Source of the DNA: Schmidtea polychroa
Taxonomy: Eukaryota
Assembly: GCA_044892525.1 (NCBI GenBank)
Contig: CM097885.1
Location: 69,130,001-69,194,000, forward strand
Reading direction: 5' to 3'
DNA: 64,000 bases
Each line of letters starts with the position of its first letter. The stretch's first letter is position 1. A model generated the notes under the pieces. The model searched no databases, was not told where the DNA came from, and worked only from the letters and a program-made list of their open reading frames with translations. The position numbers and the translations under genes are program-made. This document shows, in pieces, positions 20,739-34,413 of the stretch.

Positions 20739-22412
20739 TGTTGGGTAAAAACATGGCTTCCCGATTTATGTTGAGGATACCTAAATAACAATTTATAAAG
20801 AAATAAATAAAATTACCGGGGGGAAGATCGTCATGACAAACGGGACGATATATGGGAACTCAGAAAAGAAAACGGAAGTAAAAAGAAATGAGAAAGAGGA
20901 AAGAAACAAAAGAAATTAATCAAGAAAATAAAAATTAAGGTCAGTACTAATTAATTAGTACAAAAAGGAAAAGGAATTTGACATCGAAAAAAAGGATAAC
21001 AACAATATTCTTATCTCGATAGCTTGCCAGTGATAATATAATTGCCGGGAGAAGGCGGTTGAATAAAAAAGGAAAAAGGGAAACTATCTTGACAGCTGTC
21101 AGAGATAAAAATGGAATAGTCGGGGACGGCAGGAGAAAGAAAGTGGAAAAACACTTGATTATCTTGAGTGCCACAATATAAGCAAAAAAAATCAATAAAT
21201 TGAAGAATCATCGAAATCGAATGTGGAAAACGGGACAGGTATAGAGTAGCTAATGGTCAACAAGATGATGGTTAGGGATTTATCAGAAAATGGTTAGGAA
21301 GGGTCGAAAAGCATTCAAATGTATGAAAACAGAAAACGTTAATTAATTAATTAATTGGCTAATAGAAAACCCGAGCTAATGGGAAACCCGAGCCAATGGA
21401 GAACCCGGATAGATGAAGGAAACTCGGGCGGGGTAAACAAGAAGAAAAGCAAACAGAAGGAAGATTTGGGCCCATTATCTTGACACAATGATTAATTGGA
21501 AAAGCAAGGAGAAGATAGGGCGTGTAGAAAGGCCATTAATTATCTTGGTTCGTTGGACCATTATGGGTGACAGCCGAAGCAGATACGTGGAAGCAAATGT
21601 CAAGTGAAAGATTGGCTCGGCAATAACCATTTGTCATCCCGATTTCGAGGAGTATATGAGGAAAGGGAAAATCAGAGCAAATCGGCATTTTGCCTCAGCT
21701 AGGGTTAGAAGAAACCGAATTAAGAATAAGCAAAACGAATTAAGAAGAATAGGGAAGAGAAGACATAGAATAGGAATACGGAAAGGTGAAAAAGAATCAA
21801 ATCAAACAGAAAAAGAGGAAAACGTGGGTCAAGAGAATCTAAAGAAATAAAAGGTGAATATTATCTATTTACATAGCATCAACGCCGAGCGGAGAATAGG
21901 TCAAACGTAACTTTGATTATTGATTGTAAAGTGCTGAGAAAAGATTGTGAATTTTGTTATTTCAATATACGTTGGGTCGTTATTGTTTTGATTTAAAGGA
22001 CACGAGGAGACAGAGGGAACCGACTTAAATTAACCAAAAACCCAACAAGTTGAAGAAAAGAATTAGTTGAAAAATAAAACGAAAAGTTATTTGAGTATTT
22101 GAATAAATTTGTGAAGAAGGTCAAAGAAAACAACCAGCTCAAAGTCCCAGTTGATAAACCAATCAGTAATTTGTGATCTTTTAATCCAGTGTTACACGCA
22201 AGTGGTATTCCTCACTGAGTGTTGTAATAAGCCTTGTACAGTCACCAAGCAGAGTGTTGTATTGATTGTCAGCGTAAAGTGAAAGTTTAATTGTGATTAT
22301 CAATAAAGATTTCAGTTGTCAAGTGTTATTTGTGGATCGTATCAAGATCGTATCCAATGACACATTTGGAGTCAGAGTAACATTTAGAATTATCACAAAC
22401 TCTAACCCAACA
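20739..22412 (+). repeat. Solo-LTR-like element (family copy C)
   Basis: TGTTGGG...CCCAACA terminal inverted 7-mer; AATAAA near the 3' end; both ends homologous to 30109-31001, 35121-36141 and 47208-47294. No TSD found. Confidence 0.7.
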
Positions 22413-23509
22413 AAAATAAATTTCAACCTTTTTTGTTTCCTTGAGTAGAATTATCCATATAAATATCTTAGAGTTTGTTATCAACCCACTAAGCTTAAAA
22501 TTTTACGTGTTGGTCTTTTTCAAAAGAAGTTTGCTTACCCCTGACGTATACTATGAAAATGCTGAGTGCCGAATTAGAATAAATAAAAATGAAAACATTA
22601 AGTGATGAAACATGTGACATTAAAATGATTGAGCATTTTGTTCTTCCATAAGGTTTTTATTTTCTTCATTATTATTCGATACTTTAACTGTATTGTTTAA
22701 AAGATCGCATTTTTTGTAAGTATCTCGTTTTAGAAAATCTTAGTGATTTCAAATATATTATTTATAATTTACTTCAAAATGAAAAGGTAACGTAAAAATG
22801 AATAATTTAAATATTACAAGTGACAAAATCAATGTTATATTGAAAGTTGGTGGAAATGTCAACCCGATTGAACTATAAATGGCCTATTGAGTTATGGTCT
22901 GCATGTCATTGGTTTAAATAATTATTTGATTTCTAATTATATTAATTTAATAATTTTTTTAGCTGTAAACGTCTGTACAGAAAGTGGTGAACCATAAATG
23001 AAACATCAAGCTAAAACCTAGGGTTAGGAGGGTGGGTGGTAGATGTAACATTTTTTACTATTACTAAATTTTACACTAAAGCGTAAGTTAACCGATTTTT
23101 TTAGTCAATAATATAATCAAAATTTATTGATAATTAAAACAATTTATTGATAATTTGCAAATGATCCTACATTAAATGTTGTCCTTTTAGGAAAGCGAAA
23201 TTCGTTTCAAGTTAACTATTAATAAAAAATGTAAAATTTAAGTAAAATCATGAAATCATTCAATATTGCAATATCGTTAAATTAATAAATTTTATTTTAG
23301 CACAATTCAAAGCTTGAGCAATTATTTACCATTAAAATACTATTTACAATCTTTCCGATTCGAATTAAATTTATTATTCATACTTAGCTAATTTCAATAG
23401 TCAATGTGCCCAATCCTTGAAATCATAATGATTCATTGACTTATTAAATTAATAAAATTAGATTTCAAATTAATATACAATTTTTATATAATGGAATAAA
23501 CTGTAATAC

Positions 23510-23801
23510 TTTTCATATACATTTATTGTATCTCCGTCAATCAATCCACATTCAGCTAGAATTCCATCTAATAATAAATCAAAATTGTGATAGATATCTA
23601 CAATTTCAATTTTTAAAATGTCTGTTATGTAATTTTTTAATTGATTTATTGTTTGTTGTTGTTCAATTTGAATGCTTTCTTCAAACTTCAATTGTTCAAT
23701 TTCTCCATTTTCTATCAACAGAATTAAAGTTATAGGACTACTAAACGCAATTACATTTTGATAAAATTTACTAATTACCTTAAATTGTCAACTTTATTCA
23801 T
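23510..23801 (-). CDS. Small ubiquitin-like (beta-grasp) protein, copy 1; 3' exon unresolved
   Basis: ATG at 23801, short GT-AG intron, then ...QTINQLKNYI...LLLDGILAECGLIDGDTINVYEK|GT. Paralog at 45691-45980 has the same exon layout. Confidence 0.6.
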
Positions 23802-26299
23802 TCTTTGATTTTACACCAACCGGCAATTGATAATCATTTATTAGGCTTTTTAAAATATAAATATTAACTTACCTATATATAATAATATAATAAATATGCA
23901 TGTGTCATAGCCAGAACTTAGTTAAACGCTTGTGACATTAATTTATACATATAGGTCATATAGTTATTTAATATAGATTTTCTTAATTACACAAAGGATA
24001 GTATAATAACTATTACCATTATTATATTTTATTTTTTATATAAACAAATGTAATAAATATGAATAAATTGTTGAGAATATGAAGAAATAAAAATAATTGG
24101 AGTGAAACAAATGTTGGCCAAAAACTGATTTTGATAAAATAAAACGATTAATTGTGACTAGAATGCGTTAAATCTAAACACAACAACCAAGTAAACATGA
24201 AAAATGGACCAAACAATACCAAAGTCGAGGAACATAAAAAGAAATGACAAAAGCAAGAAGTATAGCACAAAACAAATATCAATAATTAACACAAATTCGA
24301 ATTGACGGCAATAAACAAAAATAAGAATTAAAAACAAATATTTAATAATAATAATAGATAAATAAATTAAAAATGTGCCGGGGAAACAAGAGAAATAACC
24401 CAGTTGTTTAAATAAAGCGAGAAACAACGCAGGGAAAATGCAAAAATTCAAATTGGAAAAGAAAGAGTGAAAAAATACAAGAAATAAATAAACACGTAAA
24501 ATAAAATAAGAGAGGAAAGAAAATATAATCGAAAATTAGATTAAGAAACAAAAAATAAATAAGAATTAAAAATTGAAAAACAAGAAAACGAAAAAAATAC
24601 AGATAAAACTAATTAAAACCAAATATTCAATGGTTGAAAAAATGAAAAAAATACAAAAAAGGTTTTAACAACGCTTATAAATTATAGCTTAGACATGGAC
24701 CAATAATAAGAAAGCAAAGGCGAAAAAATGAACTATCAATACAAACATTTTACAGAAAAAGTGGTGAACACAGGGAAAATAAAATTTTTAAAATTAAAGA
24801 AAGATGCCTGACAAAGAAATTACAGAGAAAGAAAAAGATAAAGAATAATTGATAAAAAGGACAAGTGGTGGGTCGCTGGTAATCCACATATTACCCGTTC
24901 GTGTCGTTTTCAACGAAACTTAAGATATAATGAGTTGTTTAACCATCCCACACCCGTTAATTTATCAACGTTAGTAATGTAACGTATGGGGGAAAACGCT
25001 CAAGAAGTGAGTGTACATCTGCACACCATAATCGTCGAGCATTCGAATGGGTTCGCGAGCTGCTGATAGAATGCCTATGTCCAACTTTTTTAAAAATTTT
25101 ATTTAATGAAACCTGCTCGTAAGAGTCAGGTGTGTCTTTCGGGACGAGTCATGATCTCTGTATGACCATAGTTAGTTAATCATATACTATTTTCTAATCT
25201 TTGAAGTTCTGGCTCAATTGAGAGCTAGAGACATCGGGGACATCGGGGACATTGGGGATATTAGTATTTTATTTTACTTTTATTTATTCATTTTCCTTCT
25301 TTTTCCTTTTAATCTTTATTTATTTATTTTTGTTTTTTTAATATCAAAGACAAGTCAATACAAAATCAACCAAACTACAAAATAAATAAGACATCGCAAC
25401 ACAAAGATAAAAAGGTTTAATTACAATAAAAAAGCCATCACAAGGCATAGTCATTATTATTTAATTACTATTTATTATTTAGTTATTATTTAGTTATTCT
25501 TAGTGTATATTGTTAATTTTTAAGATTATTAATTTTTTTAAAATGTGGTCCATATATATTAAGTGATATTAAATCTCACTTTTACTTATTCATAAAAATT
25601 CTTCATAATACATAATTAAAATATAATGTTGTCCAAAAAAATTTAATATAGTTCATTTAAACAAAAAAAACTTTTGCTAAAACACTTGACGATCAGTATA
25701 TATTTATATATATTGTAATTTGCTATGACTGCTGTGTGCATGCATATTTTTTTGCTAATGACTTAATTTCTTTTCCTTTGAGTCCTATATTTTTTGTGCT
25801 TTGTTGTTATTATTGTCCCAGGTACCGAGACTTCATACATTTAGTGCTGCTAGTGTTGTGTCTTTTTCATCCCGCTTTGTTTCGAATGCAAGATTGTTGT
25901 ATTTGTTGTGGTTATCTGCGCGTGCTTGGTCAAAGAATCCCGTATAATCATATGACACTTTAATGCTTAGTATGTGTATTTTTTTGTTTCTATTCGACTT
26001 TATTATTAAATCTTGTCTTAATGTTGTGCTTACACCAGGCGGTGCTCTTTCTGTGTGTACTTCATATTTTTTTGATATTTTTTTGACTTTCCTATAACAT
26101 GGTTATTAGGGTTATGAATTTTTTTAAAAGAGAAGCCTGTGGCAGCATAAGATGAACTTTTATATATAAAAGCATATATGACTTTTTCTAGTAATAAATA
26201 TTCAAAAACACTGCACTCCAAACTTAAAATATATAGTCACAAATTCAATTATATTCAAAAATTCAAACATTTATTAATTATAATGTTTATAAGTATAAA

Positions 26300-26700
26300 T
26301 TTGTATTTACAAATCTGAGGTATAGGTATTTGTCATTTTTGCATTTTCTCAAAAGGTCTTCTATCATCGTCACCGCTCTCTCAGCCACAAAATTGGAACG
26401 GGGAACATCAATAACTGATTCCTCATTTAGCCAATGTCTTTTAAAGCATTTTATAGCCTTCTGATATCTGAATTAAGAGATACCAAGAAGGACCTCGTCA
26501 TAAACATGGCCATTAAAATGTTGATAGGAGAACCATTAACAAATCATGTATTTTTGAAGAGGAGTCTTCTGTGTTTTCGTCTGTTATGTAATGTATTTGG
26601 TCTTTTTGTTGAATCTCTAGTTGAAATTTGTTTTCTAATGTTATCATTCTTATCCCTATATTAAATTTCCCTCTTAGGCGTTTCATGGAGTCGCGGAATT
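26300..26700 (-). pseudogene. Degenerate DNA-transposase-like C-terminal fragment (family not assigned)
   Basis: Frameshifted ...KRHWLNEESVIDVPRSNFVAERAVTMIEDLLRKCKNDKYLYLRFVNTN* resembles NxxAERxV-type transposase ends. Confidence 0.35.
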
Positions 26701-27544
26701 TTTCAAATAGTCAGTGTGTTCCCCATATTTCTCCTTTAATTTCAACGTTAGTGCTTTGTCTAATACCCTGTTTTGTCGTGGAATCTTGTTTTCATTGATT
26801 CTATGAGTTCTATTGTTATAAATTCTGTCATGCTGATATCACTTGAATTTATTAATTTCAGCATGTATACTTTGTATTAAGTATTCGTCAATGCTGGTTA
26901 CAAAAACTGGTTGGAAAAATACTTTCAATACCAGTTAGTAACACATTTGTTGAGCGGATATTTTCTCTGATGTGAAATTTATAGACGGATGAACGCAATT
27001 GCTTGTATTTGCAATGGTCAAAGTTGAGTTATGTACAAAAATAAATTACAACATGACATGTTCAGCTTTTTTTGATTATGTTAAGAATCCAGAGCAGATA
27101 CAATTGTTGAAAAGTTGTTCTAACAGTATGAAATAAGATTTTAAAATTAATAAAAAATAATAATTTGTTTTAGTGTTTTATTTCACGATTACATTACTAT
27201 ATAATATATCGTATGATAAAGTAAATAAGTTATTAATAATAATACTTTATTTACGCAATTGAAAATTACAAAAAAAAATATTAATATATACTAGTAAGTA
27301 TTTGTCAATTAAAAAAAATCTCTGATTTTTGAAGCAAGTAAGAGTGGCACCCTTATACATGAGTATGTTATTTTGTGATGTTTCATTCACTATTTAGAAT
27401 GGAAAATTTTATTAATCAGTTAATTTTGGCCTGTGGCGATAATAGATTTTTGTCATGCTGATATCACTCGAATTTATTAATTTCAGCATGTATACTTTGT
27501 ATTAAGTATTCGTTAATGCTGGGTACGATCCCTAATCCTCCTAA

Positions 27545-27993
27545 TGGAGCATCCGTTAAGGATGTCCCCTAAGCGGGAGGGGGAGGGGGTATCTACATAG
27601 GGACATATGGGGGAAGGGGGTCCAAGAGCTTAGGACATCCTCAGACTAAACCTAATACCTACCAAATCACCATGGGAGGACGAGTAAACATTAGACTGAA
27701 ATAATTTCGGCTACTAGTTAAAAGACAGATGCCTATATTAGCTTTATTAATTTTGTTTCAAAAAATGGATTCTCTTTTTAAATTTGGACAATTTTTACTA
27801 AAGCTTAAACAATATTATGTATTACCAGCAACAAAATAATCTGCCTAATATTATAATTCTATGTTCTAAATTTCGTCTGAAAATAAGGGAGTTCTGTTTT
27901 CGGATGTCCCTGGGGGACTCCAGAAAAGGGACAAGTGGGGGGGGGGGGTCAAAAAGTGCTTATTTTCGGGGGACGTCCCTAAGTGATGCTCCC
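27545..27993. mobile_element. 449-bp MITE, PIF/Harbinger-like
   Basis: Imperfect ~24-bp TIRs (TGGAGCATCCGTTAAGGATGTCCCC / GGGGACGTCCCTAAGTGATGCTCCC) flanked by TAA at both ends (27542-27544, 27994-27996). Confidence 0.7.
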
Positions 27994-30108
27994 TAATTTG
28001 CAATGAGTAAAAATAAATCATTATTAATATTTTGGTGTATGTCTTTAATCAGTTTTTTTTATTTTTTTATACTTAAGGGGAAGATTAGTCGGGAACGTAT
28101 AAATGTTTTACATGCGTTATATTTTTTTGTGTTTATGTAGGTCGGATTCAAAAAGTTTCGTTGTGTCTGTCATTTCCTTATATAATATGTCGTCAATATT
28201 GTAAGTTCCATTTTCTCGGAAGTTAATGCCTAGGCATTCTAAGCATTCTCATGAACTATAGGTATTTTTTCATTAAATATTGTTAGTATTTTATCCTTAT
28301 TGTTTTAATTTTGTCTAAAGTATCTGCATTTACTTGAGTCTATTGTGTGTATTTTTCATCATCAGTTGTGTCAATAAGGATAATGTCAATATTGTCACTG
28401 TTGTTATTATTGTCATGATTGTTGTGTGTTTTGTTTCTATCTGTTTTAGGTGTATTTTCAGCAGTATTATATAGCGGGGTATAAGAGAGTGGGCTACACC
28501 AAACACCACTGAGATATGTTCTCTATAGTGGTGGTTAGCGTGTAGAGCAATTTCTCACTCACCAATTCATTTACAATTCATGTACTGAATTGCTCATCAT
28601 TTATGCATGTTGGAAATTTATTTTAGCCATTTTACAAATGGTTTTCAAGTAAATTTTTTTATTTAAAGTAAATTTTAAGACTTGAATTCTGATCCATATG
28701 AGATATGAGATCATTATTCAAGTTCTAAAATATTACTTTTAATCAACAGTATAATTATAAATTATTTTTAATTAATTTTCAGTGTTCTTTTAGGAAATCA
28801 AATTTGGATTGAAAAGATATTGAACCAAATTCATCTGCTCTTGATATTTCATTAAAAATATAATTTTAAAAATTTTCAACGATCTTTTTTTTTCTAAAAA
28901 TTGTCTAAAATAAAGTTATTATAGAAACGTATCTCATCGTTACATTTCTACAAATCAAAAGTTTGTATGTGTTTTTTAGTATGTGTTGTGTTTGTGTGAT
29001 GTTTTTAATATTTCTTCCACTTTTCAGATTTCTATAGTATAAGATGTATCTCACTGAGCTATAATTGAGAACATTAACGTGATATCAAAGTATGTATGTT
29101 TCTATAATGTAAGATTATTGATTTTTTTGTTATATTATAGGAAATGGTTCTCAGTGGTGTTTGGTGAATATGTGATTGAGTTACTCTCTGTGTTTTTAAT
29201 TGCATTTTGAGATATTGAGTGTTTGCTGTTGATTTTATTTTTATCGTTCTCAATTGTTGTATTTTGCTGGTAAGAAGAAGTTGTATGTTGTGAGTCGATT
29301 TCCTTAAGAGTATCTTTTTTATTTATGTTTGTTTGTTATCATAGGAAGATAATGTAGAGGATATTTATTAAAAGGGTCTGCTGTGATAGTTGAATGTTGT
29401 TATTTTGTCTAGTTGTTGTTCATTTCATAGCATTATTTGTTTTATCGCGTTCAAAGATGTTTATTATTGATATTAAGATCGGTATGTATTGCATTGTTAA
29501 TATGTGGTATGGTGTTTGGTAGGAAAAGGTTATCATGACATCTATGTCTATGTCAAGGTCAACTTTGTTTATGGGATGTTCAGATTGTGGGCGGTCCCCT
29601 GACTGATTTAATTTAAATTTTATACTTTCTAGTTGTGGTTTAGGTATTGGTAAATGGTGATTGTTATCGCGAGTAATTATATTTTGGCTTTCGTGGGATG
29701 TGCTAGGAATTGGTTTAAAGTAATGCGGTCGTAGTATTGAATTTGCTCGTGGGCCTGACTGGTTGGTCGATGCTTGCTGATTTTGCACTAAAATTGACAT
29801 AAACCTAATTAAACTAATGAATTCGTTACATAATTTCTGAAATCAACGTAAAATTAGGATTTATTATAAATTACAACGAAAAGCTCGATTCCATGGTTTT
29901 TCCAGACAAAATAAAGGTTTGACTCAAAAGTTTCTGCCACTGAATAAAACTTTCCGGAATGAAATGTATTAGTTCGTTGTTAATAAATTTGTACCATGAC
30001 TTCTGCAATAGTTCTATTATAACAATAATTATTAATGTTTATTAGAATTTTCAATATTTCTAAAAATATTTAATTATAAAATATTTAATTTGTATGAAAT
30101 TAAAAATT

Positions 30109-31001
30109 TGTTGGATTATTGAGTTGGTGATAAATTTTAAATGTTAATCTGACTCCAAGCGTATCTTTATATGATTCACAAATAACACTTGACAACAGAA
30201 ATCTTTATTGATAATCACAAATAATCTTTCTCTTTACACTGGCAATAGATTCATAACTCTGCTTGGTGACTATACAATGCTTATTACAACACTCGGCGAG
30301 GAATAGCACTTGTGTATAACACCGGATTAAAAGATAACAAATTACTGATTGGTTTATAAACTGGAATTTTGAGCTGGTTGTTTTCTTTGACTTTCTTCAC
30401 AACTTCTTTCAAATAATCAAATAACTTCTTTTCGTTTTATTATTCAACTAATTCTTTTCTTCAACTCTTCTCCAATAATTATTTTCCACAATTATTTCCT
30501 TTACAATTATTTTTGACAATCGTTTGTCCAACAACGTTTCGTCTAACGTCTAGTTCTCTCCAATAATTTTATTTCTCAAATCGTCTCTCAAATTGTCTCT
30601 CAAATCGTTTTCAATTTCGTGTCACTTTGTCTCTAATTTTTCTTCTAACTTTGTTCTAATTTCATGTTCACCAGTTTTCCCTTATATAGTTCGCTTCTCT
30701 TGTGGCACTCCAGATAATCAAGTGTTTTCCCACTTTCCTTCTCCTGCTTTTCCCGACTGTCCCATTTTTATCTCTGACAGCTGTCAAGTTGTTTTTCCCT
30801 TTTTTGTTTGACCGCCTTCTCCCATCAATTCTATTATCACTGGCAAGCTGTCGAGATAAGGATATTGTTGTTTTCCTTTTTCCCCGATTTCAAAATTCCT
30901 TTTCCTTTTTGTAGTAATTAATTAGTACTGATCTTGATTTTTATTTTCCTGTTTGATAACTTTTATTTCATTTCTCTTTCTCATTTTTTAGTAACATTAC
31001 A
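30109..31001 (-). repeat. LTR-like element (family copy A, lacks the middle part of copy C)
   Basis: Highly similar to 35121-36030 and to the ends of 20739-22412 in reverse orientation. Confidence 0.7.
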
Positions 31002-31136
31002 ACTCATTATATCACCATATATCCGTTACTTACCCTCGAGACTCACAATATGGTGTTATGTAAACATGCACAATTTAGCACCGCATAAGATGGGTGCGTT
31101 TCTGTCCCGAGAGGATGTCTCATAAGTCAGCGGATT

Positions 31137-31590
31137 TCAACGACCTGGTAGTACTATCCGAGGTCGACCTCGCTTCTTGGGTGTGTCTGTAGTTGGTTTC
31201 TGAGATTCACGGGACCCGTTCCACGGATGGTCCAGTCCGTGCTGGATGGCGGGTGGTTCCGTGGTTCCGTGGGGGTCTCCGAGCTTCTCCGACATCATCA
31301 AGGGCCAACATTTGAGCCTGTTTTGCATGGTTGATGTATGTCTCAACTTTGGGTTCTACTGGTATGGTGTCTCCGTACATCCATTCGTGGATCCGGTACC
31401 AGATCCATCTGGACCTAAGCCTAGCAAGAGATTGAGCTTCTGCGTCCTCAGGAGGGGAAGTTGGGCTTTCGTTATTGTCCGGAGTGGTCTCATGATTAAG
31501 ATCGGCCGACGAAATGCTGGTTTTGAGAGCTATATGTCGTTTCGTTCGGTTGGACTTAGCTAAATCGTATCGATCTGATAGCATTTTCAC
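31137..31590 (-). pseudogene. Possible degenerate gypsy integrase C-terminal region upstream of LTR copy A
   Basis: RWIWYRIHEW...ETYINHAKQ resembles a decayed GPY/F module; another frame ends in TPKKRGRPR; directly adjacent to an LTR-like repeat. Confidence 0.4.
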
Positions 31591-32288
31591 TAAACGGTTA
31601 ATGACAATAGTTTATAATAAAAAAAATTAACCACACCGTTTCTTCCCAAACTAATTCCAAATCACAAACTAATAACCCTTAAGGGAAAAACCACGTTATA
31701 GACCATCCTTTCAGCAACCCTTACCTGCTATCCGATTTGATGGTCACCTGCTAAACAGCCCTGGTTCGAACTTACAATACAAGTCGAGGTGTAGCTACCA
31801 ACAAACAACACCATTTTTTGTCCATCAGATTGAAGTTATGAAGTTATAACTCAACAAAAGAAGAATAACGTAGCTTTGTGAATCCCCATTTCGGAAATCC
31901 CACAGGTAACCTGAATACTAACTTGGAATTTAGCCATTACAAATTACCACTCTAGCTCGAGGTAACACAAAAAGAAATAAATCTCTAGAGCTCGGCATAC
32001 GAATTAATTTACCAATCGCGTTAAATCTTCTGGTTTCGTAAGCAACCTAATTTAATGGCCCTTGGATTATTTCTATGCTTAACTTAACTGTTTATTATTT
32101 ATTCATCCTTTTATTTACCTATCTTTTCGACATCTATATCCTATACTGTAAAAATTCAGTTGACTAGTGGATTTTATCTTTAATTTCCTCATAATATTTT
32201 ATCTACTTTCATCTTAATCCAGTGAATTCTAAGTAATAATCCTTTACGTGATTTGTAAATTGGTCATTTAAATTTGTCAAAATTATTA

Positions 32289-34413
32289 CCGTAATTTCCG
32301 GTCTATAAGTCGCGGTTTTTTTCAGACGCTGACGGTGCTGCGACTTAAATAAAGGAGCGACTTATATAATAAGTTTAATCACGGGCCGTTTCTATAATAA
32401 ATCTAAATGTAATCAACAATTTGTGACTGTACTGTCTTTGATGAACTGATAATTGATGCCGTGGTTATCAAAGGCCCTTTTTGTAATATGATACAATCAT
32501 AAACCATCACCATCATTATAATATATCTAAGACGCCATATAGCCTATTTCGTAAACCAAGCTTACAGGATGTCTAGGCTAGGCGAACTGCCGCCATGTTG
32601 GCGTGTCAGTTTAACTGCCGATCTGATTGGTCATTTCGGACCCTGGATCCGAAATTTGAGAGCCCATCAAACAAATGTCAGCTTTAATCACCAGATGGCA
32701 GTGTATATAAGACCGCTGTAATAGATTTCCTGTCAAAACAATTTAATTTTTTAAATTAAAATATACCGAAAGTTTAGTGCAAAATGAGTTCCAACAAAAC
32801 AAGGAAATCGTACACTGCCGAGTTTAAGCTGCAAACTATCAAATTTGCTGAGGAAAACGGCAATCGAGCGACTGAGCGGCGATTTAATATTAGTGAAAAA
32901 CTAGTTCGAGACTGGCGAAAATCAAAAGATGCGCTGTTGCTGACAAAAAGAATCAAGCGGGCGAATCGAGGTCATAAAGCAAGATGGCCAGGACTGGAAA
33001 ATCAGCTTTCTAAGTTTATTGTGGAGCAGCGAGCTCAAGGTCGCGGAATATCAACCGTCCAAGTTCGTCTTAAGGCCAAAGAAATAGCGAATGATCTGGG
33101 AATTGATGAATTCATTGGTGGACCATCTTGGTGTTTTCGTTTCATGAAGCGCCAGCAGCTCTGCATCAGATCAAGAACGATCATGTGTCAACAACTGTCT
33201 GCTGACTACATCGAAAAAATCCGGAATTTTCGTGAATTCATTTATTCAAAAGTCGCGAAATATGAAATCATTTCAGATCATATTATCAACATGGATGAAG
33301 TTCCACTCACCTTCGATATTCCTCTGGGCCGAACTCTCAATAACAAAGGTGAGAAAACGATCAACATAAGAACAACTGGCCACGAGAAATCGCACTTAAC
33401 GGTCGTGCTGTCATGCTGTGGTGATGGAAGGAAGCTTCCTCCAATGATAATCTTCAAAAGGAAAACCATGCCAAAAGAGGCATTTCCCAACAACGTGATC
33501 ATTCAAACCAACGCAAAGGGATGGATGGATGAAGAAATGATGAACATATGGTTGGAGAGATGTTTCAAAAAGAGGCCTGACGGATTCTTCAAAACTAAAA
33601 AGGCATTGCTCGTAATGGACAGTATGCGAGTTCACATCACAGAGAACATAAAAACGAAAGTTAAAGGCAACAACTCGATTCCTGTCATTATACCAGGTGG
33701 TCTGACGAAGGTGCTACAGCCTCTGGATATTTCTGTCAACCGAAGTTTCAAGGTCCATCTGCGTCGTTTGTGGGAAAGATGGATGACCAGCGGTGAACAT
33801 AGCTTTACGGCAACAGGTCGCATGCGTCATGCCACCTTTGCGGAAGTGGCCAAATGGGTGGTCGAGGCATGGGATAAATTGAATCCGGCGATTATCACCA
33901 GTGGATTCAAGAAAGCGGAAATCTTACTGGCAGACAATGATGACAACGACGACTCTGATAGCGATGATGATGATGACAACTATGAACTGACTGTACCAGA
34001 TGAAATTGCTCAATTATTTGAAAGCGATACTGAAGATGAAGGCATTAATGGATTTAATGGATTTACAGACTCTGATTTTTATTGATAAACTTAACTTCAT
34101 TAAACGACATTTATAACTTAGGCATTTCGTTTTATTGATATAAATAATCTCTCTATAAATTAAAAAGAAATATTCCACGTTATTAAATACTTGCGCTAAA
34201 TGATTTTTGTTCTCACCTCTTCTCTTTAGTGTCTTTAATTAAACTTGGCGACCACCACCGAACAAAGTAAACATTACCGCAGAGGCATGCTTATTACTGT
34301 ATAAGTGCGACTTAAATAACGGAGCGACTTATATATTAATTTTTCCAAAATTTTAGCCATTTTTTACAATTGCGACTTGTACACAGGAGCGACTTATTAC
34401 CCGGAAATTACGG
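32289..34413 (+). mobile_element. Intact pogo-superfamily DNA transposon (DD35D, Passer/POGK-like)
   Basis: TIRs CCGTAATTTCCGG...CCGGAAATTACGG extending imperfectly to about 25 bp, TA TSD (32287-32288, 34414-34415), repeated GCGACTTA subterminal motifs. Confidence 0.95.
32784..34085 (+). CDS. Pogo transposase, 433 aa (Brinker-type HTH, CENP-B HTH, DDE_1)
   Basis: RKSYTAEFKLQTIK, WCFRFMKR, NMDEVP, VMDS and QPLD with 35 residues between the second and third Asp; acidic tail; no stops. Confidence 0.95.
   Translation: MSSNKTRKSYTAEFKLQTIKFAEENGNRATERRFNISEKLVRDWRKSKDALLLTKRIKRANRGHKARWPGLENQLSKFIVEQRAQGRGISTVQVRLKAKEIANDLGIDEFIGGPSWCFRFMKRQQLCIRSRTIMCQQLSADYIEKIRNFREFIYSKVAKYEIISDHIINMDEVPLTFDIPLGRTLNNKGEKTINIRTTGHEKSHLTVVLSCCGDGRKLPPMIIFKRKTMPKEAFPNNVIIQTNAKGWMDEEMMNIWLERCFKKRPDGFFKTKKALLVMDSMRVHITENIKTKVKGNNSIPVIIPGGLTKVLQPLDISVNRSFKVHLRRLWERWMTSGEHSFTATGRMRHATFAEVAKWVVEAWDKLNPAIITSGFKKAEILLADNDDNDDSDSDDDDDNYELTVPDEIAQLFESDTEDEGINGFNGFTDSDFY

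Noticed and set aside
24860-25260. Relatively GC-rich island as a possible ncRNA or tRNA
   Set aside because: No cloverleaf, A/B boxes or known RNA motif could be recognised by eye.
29420-29800. 126-aa ORF and downstream A/C-rich reading on the minus strand
   Set aside because: Possibly a decayed gene or retroelement ORF, but no recognisable domain and many stops downstream; left unassigned.
34245-34263. PBS-like TGGCGACCACCACCGAAC
   Set aside because: Lies inside the pogo 3' region with no adjacent LTR end.
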